Shown: positions 1-11,699, counted from the stretch's first letter. The stretch: DNA of 64,000 nt from Candidatus Tectimicrobiota bacterium (GCA_016192455.1 JACPUC010000006.1:248001-312000), one strand, 5' to 3'. The notes: generated from the sequence alone by a model not told the origin. Numbers and translations: made by a program.

Positions 1-1
1 C

Positions 2-1318
2 AAGAAGGAGGCGTTCAAGCTCGATACCGCGCGGGCGGTGATCGGCAAGATGGGGCGCGCGCTGCACCCCCGGAAGATCTCGCGCCTCGCCATCCTGCCG
101 CCCGGGCTGGGGTTGCCGGACCTCTCACCGCAGCACCTGGCGGCTGCCTGTGTCGAGGGGCTGCGCCTCGGGCTTTACCGCTTCACCGAGTTCAAGACGA
201 AGGAGGAGGAGAACGGGCGCACCGTTCCCGAGGAGTGCGTCCTTCTCCTGCCGGCGGCTGAAAAGCTCGCCCCCATCCAGGCAGCGGTGGAGGAGAGCGA
301 GATCGTCTGCGAGGCCGTCCTGCTGGCGCGCGACCTCATCACGCGTCCCGGCTGCTCCTCGACGCCGACGGCCCTGGCCGAGGTGGCGCTGGAGGTGGGA
401 CGCCTGGCCAAGATGAGCTGCACCGTCCTGGATCGCGCCGACATGGAGAAGCTTGGCATGGGGGCCTTGCTGGGGGTGGCGCGCGGCTCCCAGGAGCCGC
501 CGAAGTTCATCATCCTCGAGTATCGCGGGGCGCGACGGAAGGGGGAGAAACCGGTGGTCCTGGTCGGCAAGGGGATCACCTTCGACAGTGGCGGGCTCTC
601 CCTGAAGCCCGCCGCCAGCATGGAGCAGATGAAGTACGACATGGCGGGTGGGGCGGCGGTCCTCGCCACCATGCAGGTGGTCGGCCGCCTGAAGCTGCCC
701 CTCAACGTGGTGGGCCTCGTGCCGGCTACCGAGAACCTGCCGAGCGGCACCGCCTACAAGCCGGGCGATGTGCTGCGCAGCCTCTCCGGACAGACCATCG
801 AGGTGCTCAACACCGATGCCGAGGGACGCCTCATCCTGGCGGATGCGCTGGCCTACGCCTGCCGCTACAAGCCCGCCGCCATCCTCGACATCGCCACCCT
901 CACGGGAGCCTGCATCGTGGCGCTGGGCGACAACCTCATCGGCATGCTGGGGAGCGATGAGGCCCTCCAGGAGGAGGTGCGCCGGGCCGCCGACTTCAGC
1001 GGCGAGCGCGTCTGGCCCCTCCCCTTGTGGGAGGAGTTCAGCGAGCAACTGAAGAGCGATATCGCTGATTGGAAGAACGTCGGCAGCCGGGCCGCCGGCA
1101 CGATCACCGCGGGGATGTTCCTGAGCAAGTTCGTGCAGTCCTACCCCTGGGTGCACCTCGATATTGCCGGACCGGCCTGGGCGGAGAAGGAGAAACCCTA
1201 CGTCCCGAAAGGCGCCAGCGGCGTGGGGGTGCGGCTCTTCGTGGAGTTCCTGAAGCGGCGCGCGAGCAGCCAGGCCGCGGCAGGGGCAACAAAGACTCAG
1301 ACAAAGAAACCGACGTAG
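2..1318 (+). CDS. pepA: Leucyl aminopeptidase (M17 family), 5'-truncated by window edge
   Basis: M17 motifs GKGITFDSGG, MKYDMAG, NTDAEGRL, WVHLDIAG; frame is open back to base 2. Confidence 0.95.
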   Translation, partial: KKEAFKLDTARAVIGKMGRALHPRKISRLAILPPGLGLPDLSPQHLAAACVEGLRLGLYRFTEFKTKEEENGRTVPEECVLLLPAAEKLAPIQAAVEESEIVCEAVLLARDLITRPGCSSTPTALAEVALEVGRLAKMSCTVLDRADMEKLGMGALLGVARGSQEPPKFIILEYRGARRKGEKPVVLVGKGITFDSGGLSLKPAASMEQMKYDMAGGAAVLATMQVVGRLKLPLNVVGLVPATENLPSGTAYKPGDVLRSLSGQTIEVLNTDAEGRLILADALAYACRYKPAAILDIATLTGACIVALGDNLIGMLGSDEALQEEVRRAADFSGERVWPLPLWEEFSEQLKSDIADWKNVGSRAAGTITAGMFLSKFVQSYPWVHLDIAGPAWAEKEKPYVPKGASGVGVRLFVEFLKRRASSQAAAGATKTQTKKPT

Positions 1319-1538
1319 GTTTGCGTCGCCGCGCCTCGTGGCATGATGGGCGTCCTTCCTCTTGAATCGCGGCAAGATTCGCCGCCAGGGAGCCGCGCCC
1401 CCCAGGCGCACTCCTGCTCCCCGAGTTGCTGCGTTGCACACGCCCCGAGGGGGCCTGCGGGATCAATCACCCCCAGTTCATCCTCGCCAGGAGTGCCGCT
1501 TTCCCCGCCTGGATCGTTTGGGGCAATTCCCCCCTTCG

Positions 1539-3617
<2,079 letters not shown>

Positions 3618-3849
3618 GGTGGACCCTCCACACGCACGCGGGTGCGCAACCGCGGCCTCGCCCAAGCCTGCGCCGGAGCGCGACCGCGCCGCGAGGCGGG
3701 CCGTGCAGGGTCATCTCGGTGCCACGCCGCCGCCTCCGCCGCGCTTGGGGGCGACCGTGCGAGCGTCCAGGAACGCTGCACCGAACCGAACGCCGCACCG
3801 AGAGAGGCTGAAGGGGGCTCGGCGCGCCGGCTGGCGACGGTGCGGTCGC

Positions 3850-5121
3850 TTACTGCACCGTAGCCAGGCGCGAGTAATCTCCCTTTTGGCGGCCGACTTT
3901 GGCGCAGAGCTCGCCATTGACCTCAATCACGTCGGCGGTGATGTCGATGCGTTGGCGCATCAAGCTCGAGCCGACGCCGTACATCTCCACCGGCACCTTG
4001 AGCCGCTCGAACAGGTCGATGCGGGCCGCGGTGAACCCCCCCGAGGCGACGATCTTCAGGTTCTGCAGGCCGTGCTCGTCAAAGATTCTGCGCGCGTTGA
4101 AGACGAGCTGGGGGCACACCCCGAGGCTCGATTCATCCTGCGGCTCCACGGAGATATCCCGCAACTGACTTGAGGTGTCAAAACGCACCGCGAAGATCTT
4201 ATGGTTCCCCTCGCCGACCACGCAGCTCAAGTCCGAGGAGGGCTCGCCGGGGTAGTAGGCGGCTTGAAAGGCGCGGGCGCAGCGCAGGGTCGTGCCGATG
4301 CAGTCGTTGTCCCAGTCCACCAGGATGATGCGGTTCACCGAGGAAGAAATCTGCCGGTCGAACGCCAGCGACGCCTCCGCCGTCGAGCCGCTGTAAGAGG
4401 CGATGAGGGCGTGCGGGATGGTTCCCAGTCCCTGGGCCCCCCAGTAGTCGGCGTTGGCATCGGTGCTGACGCCGAAAGCCCCTGCCTTCATGGCGGCGTA
4501 GCCGTCCGTGGCTTGCACCCAGTAGTGGTCAAAGCGCGCCGGGAAGAACATGACCAGCTTCTTGCCCGCCGCCTTGACCACCTCGCGGGTTGCCGTGGCC
4601 ACGCCGGTGGGGCGGGCGATCACCCCAAGGAGGACGGTTTCCAGGTAGGCAAAGTACTGCTGCGGGCCTTCAATGACCAGGAAGGGCTCCCACGGCTCCA
4701 CCGTGTCGCCGTCGTAGAGGGCACGCACATGCAGCGTCCGCCAGCAGTCGACCCAGAGGCGGTTGAGCTGGGCGCGCAGCTTCGTGCGCTGGTTGTGCAG
4801 CTCGATGATCTCGGCTTCGGAGCCCTCGAGGCTCAGCTTGTGCAGGTAGTACTGCACGGTGCGCAACTCCTGGTAGATCTCGCCCGCCTTCTCCTCATCC
4901 TCGTAGTAACCGGTGCAGGTGCGCAGGACAGCCAAGGACTCATCGATGCCCACCACGGTGGCCGGGTCGCGGGCGAAAAACTGGTAGGTGACGCGCGGGT
5001 TGTGCCGCTCCCGGCGCAGAATCTCACTGACGCGCAGGAAGTACTTGTCGGAGTAATAGCCGGCTCGAATCTTATCCAGCGGCACCTTGAAGACATAGGG
5101 TTCCAACCGAGTTGCTGTCAT
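3850..5121 (-). CDS. Nicotinate phosphoribosyltransferase (PRK07188-like NAPRTase/QAPRTase fold)
   Basis: YYSDKYF, FFPARFDHY, DGYAA, GTIPHALI, VRFDTS, IVASGGF, YGVGS motifs; ATG 5121 with GGAAGG RBS. Confidence 0.85.
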   Translation of the reverse strand: MTATRLEPYVFKVPLDKIRAGYYSDKYFLRVSEILRRERHNPRVTYQFFARDPATVVGIDESLAVLRTCTGYYEDEEKAGEIYQELRTVQYYLHKLSLEGSEAEIIELHNQRTKLRAQLNRLWVDCWRTLHVRALYDGDTVEPWEPFLVIEGPQQYFAYLETVLLGVIARPTGVATATREVVKAAGKKLVMFFPARFDHYWVQATDGYAAMKAGAFGVSTDANADYWGAQGLGTIPHALIASYSGSTAEASLAFDRQISSSVNRIILVDWDNDCIGTTLRCARAFQAAYYPGEPSSDLSCVVGEGNHKIFAVRFDTSSQLRDISVEPQDESSLGVCPQLVFNARRIFDEHGLQNLKIVASGGFTAARIDLFERLKVPVEMYGVGSSLMRQRIDITADVIEVNGELCAKVGRQKGDYSRLATVQ

Positions 5122-5263
5122 AGCTGCGCCTTCCCAAAGTGTTCCGACTGATGACATCCCAACTATGGGACCCAATGGATCAAAAGTCAAAGAGTGCAAC
5201 GCCAGGCAATCCCTGCGGGTGTGCCCCGCCGACGCGCCCGCGGGGGCGGGATTGAAGAGGCGC

Positions 5264-5290
5264 TCAAGTCTTCCCTGGGGACGCCGATAG
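5264..5290 (+). promoter_or_regulatory. Putative sigma28 (FliA/SigD-type) promoter
   Basis: TCAA-N15-GCCGATAG versus consensus TAAA-N15-GCCGATAA, about 60 nt upstream of the riboswitch. Confidence 0.65.
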
Positions 5291-5351
5291 AGAGACTGAA
5301 GGGTTCCCCGGGCGATCCACAATGGGTTGCTCCCCTACGCTCGTGATAGGC

Positions 5352-5430
5352 TTCTCCGCCAAAGGCAAACTGCCCGAAAGGGTAGGACGCAAAGCCACTG
5401 GCCTGAAAAGGCAGCAGGGCTGCCGGAGAG
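5352..5430 (+). ncRNA. Cyclic di-GMP-I (GEMM) riboswitch aptamer
   Basis: GGCAAAC-stem-GAAA tetraloop-GGACGCAAAGCC-P3-GGCAGC..GGGCTGCCG; P1 CTCCG/CGGAG; G at the G20-equivalent position favours c-di-GMP over cGAMP. Confidence 0.92.
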
Positions 5431-5432
5431 GT

Positions 5433-5460
5433 AAACCCAGCCATTCCGTGGTGGGTTTTT
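5433..5460 (+). terminator. Intrinsic terminator forming the riboswitch expression platform
   Basis: AAACCCA(G)CCA-ttccg-TGGTGGGTTTTT hairpin plus U-tract directly after the aptamer. Confidence 0.75.
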
Positions 5461-5518
5461 GCGTTCGCTGGAAGACGGAGAGCACCTCTTCACCAGTTCA
5501 TGCAGAGGAGGTGATCTC

Positions 5519-5764
5519 ATGCAGCCGGTCACCCAAGTTGTCCAGGGTTACCGAGTCCCCCGCTACGACTCTCGCCAGCATCCCCGACGCCAACCGCGGG
5601 GGAAGAAGGAGGATCGCTGCGGCGCCGCCGTGGAAGCCGCTGCGTGCCTGCCGGAGGAGTTGCCGCCGAGCGCGGCCGAGATCGAGGTGCTGGATCAGCT
5701 CTATGAAGAAATCTGCCGGCGCATGGGAGTCGGCAACCGCAGCCGTCTCGATCTCCTTGTGTAA
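5519..5764 (+). CDS. Small hypothetical protein (81 aa) downstream of c-di-GMP riboswitch
   Basis: Strong RBS GAGGAGGTG before ATG 5519; C-terminal helix then GVGNRSRLDLLV. Confidence 0.7.
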   Translation: MQPVTQVVQGYRVPRYDSRQHPRRQPRGKKEDRCGAAVEAAACLPEELPPSAAEIEVLDQLYEEICRRMGVGNRSRLDLLV

Positions 5765-6088
5765 CCCGCGCGGCGCCTCGGCGTGAGCTGGAGGCGCCGC
5801 CCCCGCGCCGACACTGGGGCAAGGCTGGCGGGGTTTTGGCTGCGACGCGCCACCCCCGCCGGCCGATCCCCCCCGCCTGCTCCCCTTGCGGCCCACGCCG
5901 GTGTACCGCCTCGTCTGCGTTCCCCCCTGCTTTGAATCTCCCTTTTTGCTCCACGCCCTTCGCGCACACGTCGCATCTCAATGCCCTCGCCGCCTGACCC
6001 GTGGGGCGAGGCTCGCCGCCCCCCCCGCCTGCTCTTCTCGGCGGCTGCGATGCCGATTTTCCACGTTACCGGGTGCGCTGGAGCGTAT

Positions 6089-6106
6089 TTTGGCATGGAA
6101 TATGCC
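6089..6106 (+). promoter_or_regulatory. Putative sigma54 -24/-12 promoter (palindromic)
   Basis: TTTGGCATGGAATATGCC: GG-N10-GC spacing, about 110 nt upstream of the 6217 CDS. Confidence 0.6.
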
Positions 6107-6216
6107 AGTCTTATTCAGTACTTTAACTAGTAAGGAGGGGGGCCGCCGGAAGCGCCGGGGTCCAGTCTGCACACCTCCTGGCGGCGCCCGGAACGACAGC
6201 AACGCGAGGAAGACGG

Positions 6217-6747
6217 ATGGCTGGCATGAGATCTCGCAGAGTGGAGGTCCCACGCGATCACCCACTCCGGAAGTTTTTCGGCTCGATCACCATGCTGAGC
6301 TTTGAGGGCATCAATTTTCCTGACCCCGAGGTGGTCACCTACGTTGCCAACCTGCTCACCGATTTCGTCCAGGTCGACAGCCTCTACGCCCTGCGCGACG
6401 AGGAGGGCAGGCGCCTGGAGTACATCGTCGACATGCTGATCCTGGCGAGCGAGAAGGGGCGCGCCGAAGAGCGCCAGACCCGTAAGCACATCGGCGACTA
6501 CTGCCTCTTCCTCTCCGGCCTCTACCCCGAAAGCCTCAATCGCCGGGCGGTGGGGCCGGCCTACTACGTCTCCCAAGGGAAAGCGGCCTACGCCACGGTG
6601 GCGGCGATCGACGGCGTGCACCCCAGCGGCCAGCTCTTCCGCAAGCTCTCGGCTCGCTTCGAAGGCTGCGTCACGGCTCTGAACCTGGGCAAGGAGTACC
6701 TCCAGGACCCCTTTTACCAGTACCTTCTGCGGCAGATGGAGCTGTGA
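6217..6747 (+). CDS. Conserved hypothetical all-helical protein
   Basis: GAGGA RBS, GC3-biased codons, recognisable uncharacterised-family motif HIGDYCLFLSGLYPE..YY..GK.AY. Confidence 0.8.
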   Translation: MAGMRSRRVEVPRDHPLRKFFGSITMLSFEGINFPDPEVVTYVANLLTDFVQVDSLYALRDEEGRRLEYIVDMLILASEKGRAEERQTRKHIGDYCLFLSGLYPESLNRRAVGPAYYVSQGKAAYATVAAIDGVHPSGQLFRKLSARFEGCVTALNLGKEYLQDPFYQYLLRQMEL

Positions 6748-7068
6748 GGCCGCTGATGGAGGCGCGCCGGCGTTCATGCGGCGCCGCGGCGCGGTCGAGG
6801 GCGCGGGGTGTCCGTCTCTGGCTACGGAGGGAGTGCCGCGCGTTCGAGCCTGCGGGGGGATTTTTTTCGTCTTGATTTTCGTATTTTATTCGTTTATCTT
6901 AACACGTGATGCGTCAAGGCAGGAGCGGCGTTCACGAGCTTCTCCCTGGACTCCACGGCGATAGACGAGGCTGCCGCTGCGGTGCTGGGAGCCGGCTCGG
7001 CGTTGCTCCGTCATTCGCCTTTCTTTTGCTGAACCGCGGCGGCAAGGCTGGGCCGACGCGAGGCGTCG

Positions 7069-10000
7069 ATGTTCACCCACCTCCACGTGCACAGCCACTA
7101 CTCCTTCCACGCCGGCGCCTCGCGTCCCGCGGAGCTGGTGCGCCGCGCCGCCGAGCTGGGGATGGAGGCGCTGGCGCTCACTGATACGAACGGCCTCTAC
7201 GGCGCCGTGGAGTTCTTCAAGGCCTGCGAGGCGGCCGGCCTGCGGGCGCTCATCGGGGCGGAGGTGGATGCTGGCGGGACGCCTGCCGCTGAGTCAGGGG
7301 CCGCTGCCGCGGCAGGGGAGGAGGCCGCTGGGGCCGAAGCGGCGCGCGCGGTCGTCCTGGCCAGGAACGAGGCGGGCTACCAGGCGCTCTGCCGGCTCGT
7401 GACGGCGCGTCACCTCGACGCCGCCTTCGAGCTGCCGGCCGCCCTTGCCGCCGGCGCCGCCACGGGAGACGTCATCATCCTCAGCCATGCGGCGCCGCTC
7501 CTCGTGGAGCTGGCGCGGCGCGGCGTGGGGAAGCGGCGGGGCGAGCCCCTCGTCTTCGGCGAGATCCGCGCGCTGCCCGAGGTGAACCCGGCGCGGCGCA
7601 TCTGCCAGGCGGCGCAGCGGCGGAATCTCCAGGTCCTGGATGCCTGCGCCAAGGCCGGCTACCCCATCGTCGGCACGAACCACGTCTTCTTCGCCCACCC
7701 GGCCCAGCACCTCGTGCATCGCCTGCTGCGCGCCATCGGCCTGCGCACCACCCTCGGGCTCCTCGATCCGGCGGCAGCGGTGGGAGCGCACTGCTTCCTG
7801 AAGAGCCCCCGGCAGATGGCGGAGCTCTTCCGCGACCTCCCCGAGGCGGTGCGCAACAGCAGGGTCATCGCCGAGCAGTGCGCCTTCCGCTTTCGTCTCG
7901 GCGAGCCGGTCTTCCCACGATTCAGGCCGCAGGGCCAAGCGGCGGGAGACGGCGCAGCCGCCTGGAGCCCAGCAAGCGCGCGGACCTTCCTGCAGCGTCT
8001 GGCCGAGGAAGGGCTGCGCTGGCGCTACGGCGCCCGGCCGCGGCGCTCGGCGCGCCAGCGCCTGGCGCGCGAGCTGGAGGTCATCGAGCGTCTCGGCTTC
8101 AGCGATTACTTCCTGGTCGTTTGGGACATCGTCGCCTACGCCCGCTCGCGCCGCTACCCCTGCCTGGGACGCGGTTCAGCCGCCAACAGCATCGTGGCGT
8201 ACTGTCTCGGCATCACGCACGTCGATCCCCTCGATCACAACCTCTTCTTTGAGCGGTTCATGAACCCCGAACGCACCACGCCGCCCGACATCGACCTCGA
8301 TTTCGGCACCCGCCGGCGCGACGACGTGCTCGGCTATGTCTACCGCACCTACGGCGACGACCACGTGGCGATGATCTGCACCATGAACCGCTATGCCGCG
8401 CGCTCGGCCGCGCGCGAGATCGGCAAGGCCTTCGGGCTGCCCGAGGCCGAGCTGCGCCGCTACGCGCGGCAGATTCCGCACGCCCGCGCCGCGCACCTGC
8501 CGCACCTGCGCCAGCGCTACCCCGAGTGCCGCGACCTGGAGGTGGAGCGCGAGCCGCTGCGCACGATCCTCCTCCTGGGGCAGGCGCTCGATGACGTGCC
8601 GCGCCACCTGTCGATCCACTGCGGCGGCATCGTCATCACCCCCGACCCGATCACGAACCACGTGCCGCTGGAGCGGGCGGCCAAGGAGTTCATCATCACG
8701 CAGATGGACATGGTGCCCATCGAGGACCTCGGCCTCATCAAGATCGACCTCCTCGGCAACCGCTCCCTCGACGTCCTGCCCGATACGCTGGAGGCGCTGC
8801 GGGCGCGGCTGGCGGCGCGCTGCGGCACCGGCGAGGAAGGCAACGGCGGCTCGCCGGGCTCCCCAGGCTCGGAGGGGGGGCGGCAGGGGCGGCGCGGCGG
8901 ATCGGCTTGCGGGATCGCCGCGAAGGTGCCCGACGTGGAGGATTTCGCCCGCATCTTCGCCGACCGCGCCACCCAGGACCTCATCGCCCGCGGCGCCACC
9001 ATCGGCTGCTTCTACATCGAGTCGCCGGCGATGCGCTCGCTGCTGCGCAAGCTGCGGGTGCGCGATTTCCCCAGCCTCACCGCGGCCAGCTCGATCATCC
9101 GCCCCGGCGTGGCCGAGAGCGGCATGATGCGGCAGTACCTCGCCTGCTTCCACGAGCCGCGCCGCGCCGTCTACTACCACCCCCTCATGGAGGAGCTGCT
9201 GCGCGAGACCTTCGGCGTCATGGTCTACCAGGAGGACGTCATCAAGGTGGCGCACAAGCTGGCCGGCATGTCCCTGGGCGAGGCCGACCTGCTGCGCCGC
9301 GCCATGAGCGGCAAGATGCGCTCGCAGGAGGCCATGGAGCGCAGCCGCGGCGCCTTCCTGACGGCCTGCGCCGGCAACGGCATCAGCCCGGCGGTGGCGC
9401 GGGAGATTTTCCGGCAGATCGAGTCCTTCGCCGGCTACTCCTTCTGCAAGGCGCACAGCGCCTCGTTCGCCCTGCTCTCCTTCCAGGTGGCGTACCTGAA
9501 GGCACACCATCCGGCGGCGTTCCTGGCGGCGGTGCTCAGCAACGGCGGCGGCTTCTACGGTCCTTGGGCCTACCTCAGCGAGGTGCGGCGCCTCGGCCTG
9601 GACGTGCTGCCGCCGGATGTCAGCGCCAGCGACGTCGCCTCTACGGGGAGCGATGCCGCGCGGGGTGGCGTGGTGCGCATCGGCCTGGGCGCCCTGAAGG
9701 GGATCAGCCGCGAGACGCTGGCCTCCATCGTGGCGGCGCGCCGGCAGCGGCCGTTCAGCTCGCTCTTCGACTTCCTCGCCCGCGGCCGCCCCGAGCTCGA
9801 GGAGGCGCGCCGGCTCATCCGCTGCGGGGCGCTCGAGGGGGTGGGGAGGGCCATGCGGGGGTGGGGAGGGAGGCCGCAGGGGCTGACGCGCGCCGAGCTG
9901 ATGTGGCTGCTCGAGCTGCAGTTCGCCGCCGCGCGCCAGGTGGCGGACTCACTCTTCCCCGATGACTCGATGGCCCGCGTGACCCCCTTCCTGCCGCCGC

Positions 10001-10611
10001 TGCCCGACTACCCGGAGGAGGTGAAGTTGCGCGAGGAGCTGGCCGCCCTCGACTTCCTGCTCACGCGCCAGCCGCTGAGCTTCTACGGGGCGGCGGCGGC
10101 GCGCCACGGCTGCGTGCCGGCGGCGGAGCTGCCGCGCTTTGCCGGCAAGCGCGTGGCGGCGCTCGGCTGGAAGATCGCCGAGAAGCGCACCGTCGTCAGG
10201 CGCAGCGGCGAGTCGATGAAGTTCCTCTCCCTGGAAGACGAAAGCGACACCTTCGAGGTGACGCTCTTTCCCGACGTCTACCGCCGCGTGGCGCCGCAGA
10301 CGCGCGGCTACGGCCCCTTCCTGGTTAGCGGCCGCGTCGAAGAGGAGTTCGGGGTCGTCAGCATCACCGCCCAGCGGCTGGAGAACCTCGACTTCCTGGC
10401 GGACTTCCCCGGCGCCGGGCGGGGTGATGCCGGCGCTGGCTTCAGCTTTGGCGAAGGAACTCCAGAATGCACCGCAGGGTCGCCTCAGGGCATTCCTCGT
10501 GCGGCATATGCCCCGCGTCCGGCAAGACCACGAGGCGCGAGCAACGGATGGCTGCATGCAGGAGGCGGCCAAGGCGAGGCGGCACGATGCGATCGTGGGC
10601 GCCCCAAATGA
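7069..10611 (+). CDS. dnaE2: DNA polymerase III alpha subunit, DnaE2 (error-prone)-like
   Basis: PHP domain (HLHVHSHYS, ALTD), GRGSAANS, PDIDLDF, HLSIHCGG, KIDLLG, YSFCKAHSASF, C-terminal OB fold (FLSLEDES); SAANS and SxHxGG are DnaE2-like. Confidence 0.88.
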   Translation: MFTHLHVHSHYSFHAGASRPAELVRRAAELGMEALALTDTNGLYGAVEFFKACEAAGLRALIGAEVDAGGTPAAESGAAAAAGEEAAGAEAARAVVLARNEAGYQALCRLVTARHLDAAFELPAALAAGAATGDVIILSHAAPLLVELARRGVGKRRGEPLVFGEIRALPEVNPARRICQAAQRRNLQVLDACAKAGYPIVGTNHVFFAHPAQHLVHRLLRAIGLRTTLGLLDPAAAVGAHCFLKSPRQMAELFRDLPEAVRNSRVIAEQCAFRFRLGEPVFPRFRPQGQAAGDGAAAWSPASARTFLQRLAEEGLRWRYGARPRRSARQRLARELEVIERLGFSDYFLVVWDIVAYARSRRYPCLGRGSAANSIVAYCLGITHVDPLDHNLFFERFMNPERTTPPDIDLDFGTRRRDDVLGYVYRTYGDDHVAMICTMNRYAARSAAREIGKAFGLPEAELRRYARQIPHARAAHLPHLRQRYPECRDLEVEREPLRTILLLGQALDDVPRHLSIHCGGIVITPDPITNHVPLERAAKEFIITQMDMVPIEDLGLIKIDLLGNRSLDVLPDTLEALRARLAARCGTGEEGNGGSPGSPGSEGGRQGRRGGSACGIAAKVPDVEDFARIFADRATQDLIARGATIGCFYIESPAMRSLLRKLRVRDFPSLTAASSIIRPGVAESGMMRQYLACFHEPRRAVYYHPLMEELLRETFGVMVYQEDVIKVAHKLAGMSLGEADLLRRAMSGKMRSQEAMERSRGAFLTACAGNGISPAVAREIFRQIESFAGYSFCKAHSASFALLSFQVAYLKAHHPAAFLAAVLSNGGGFYGPWAYLSEVRRLGLDVLPPDVSASDVASTGSDAARGGVVRIGLGALKGISRETLASIVAARRQRPFSSLFDFLARGRPELEEARRLIRCGALEGVGRAMRGWGGRPQGLTRAELMWLLELQFAAARQVADSLFPDDSMARVTPFLPPLPDYPEEVKLREELAALDFLLTRQPLSFYGAAAARHGCVPAAELPRFAGKRVAALGWKIAEKRTVVRRSGESMKFLSLEDESDTFEVTLFPDVYRRVAPQTRGYGPFLVSGRVEEEFGVVSITAQRLENLDFLADFPGAGRGDAGAGFSFGEGTPECTAGSPQGIPRAAYAPRPARPRGASNGWLHAGGGQGEAARCDRGRPK

Positions 10612-11266
10612 GTAGGGTGGGAACGGCGATGCCGCGGTACGCCTGCGTGAGCCGCTGGGCGTCGCGCACGGGAAGCTGGCGGGCGGTCCGCAGCATGGCC
10701 TGGCGCGAACCGCGGCTCAGCAACGGCGTCGTATAGGCCTGGAGATCGGCCTGGGTGATGCGCGCCGGGCGATGGAAGCTGCGCCGCAGCGTCAGCGCGA
10801 CGATCGGGCGCACGGGAGCGGCGGCGAGGAGAAGCCTGCCGAGGAGCGGCGTGCGCAGGAGCCGGAAGCTCAGCGGCAAGGGCTGGGGGTAGGCCGCCGC
10901 GGCGAGGAGGATCAGCCGTGTCACGGGGTTGCGGCGGCGCGACTGCAGCTCCAGGTAGGTGAGGAGCGCCACGGTTCCGCCGTAGGAATGCCCCAGGAGC
11001 GTCAGGCGCGACAGCTTGAGCGCCTCGATGAAGGCGATGACGAGGGCCGCCTGGTCGCTCGGCCGGTAGCCGCCCTCGTTCGGTTTCGACGAGCGTCCGC
11101 ACCCCTTCAGGTCAAGAGTGATGACGCGGCGCCTGCCGGCGAGATGCGGGACGAGCTTCCGCCAGGTGGCGGTCGAGGCGCCGAACCCGTGCAGGCAGAG
11201 GAGGGGATCGCCGTCTCCCGCCTCGGCATAAAAGAGATTGGCCTCGGGGTGGCGGAACATTGCCAT
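10442..11266 (-). CDS. Alpha/beta fold hydrolase
   Basis: LHGFG oxyanion motif, GHSYGG nucleophile elbow, WGAHD acid, GHMPHEE His. Confidence 0.9.
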   Translation of the reverse strand: MAMFRHPEANLFYAEAGDGDPLLCLHGFGASTATWRKLVPHLAGRRRVITLDLKGCGRSSKPNEGGYRPSDQAALVIAFIEALKLSRLTLLGHSYGGTVALLTYLELQSRRRNPVTRLILLAAAAYPQPLPLSFRLLRTPLLGRLLLAAAPVRPIVALTLRRSFHRPARITQADLQAYTTPLLSRGSRQAMLRTARQLPVRDAQRLTQAYRGIAVPTLLIWGAHDRIVPPRLGRLLHAAIRCSRLVVLPDAGHMPHEECPEATLRCILEFLRQS

Positions 11267-11699
11267 AAGCGGGAGACGCTGCCTGCGATCGACCCTGGCC
11301 GAAGGGGAACCGCCTCGCGGGGGAGGTGGCCGCCGCGGCGCAGCCGACCGGCGCCCGGGCGACGCATCGGCGCGGCCAGCGGCCTGGGGACGCCGCCGCA
11401 CCTGGGGCAGCCGCGAGCTCTTCCCCACGGCTCTCGGAAGCCCCACCGAGCAGGGTTTCCTCAGCGCCCCCAGGCCCCTCGTCTTGTCGTTCATCACAGA
11501 AAACTTCGGTAACCCGACTAACGGCGCGACGATCCAACGCTCGGTAACCGTTTTAAATGGCTTGACAGGGTGCAGAGTCTGCACAGCGGCGGCATTCCAG
11601 CACCCTCCCGAGGGTCGCGCGGGCGCCCTGCTCGCCGCACGGCAGGCGCCGTCGCGGCTCAGCCTCTGTCGCCCGAGGTGGCCTGTCGCCGCGGCTCCT

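Noticed and set aside
125-1441. Long antisense or alternate-frame ORFs throughout (e.g. 125-1441, 18901-20814, 30144-31946, 45997-47700)
   Set aside because: Shadow ORFs expected in high-GC DNA opposite well-supported genes; no recognisable motifs.
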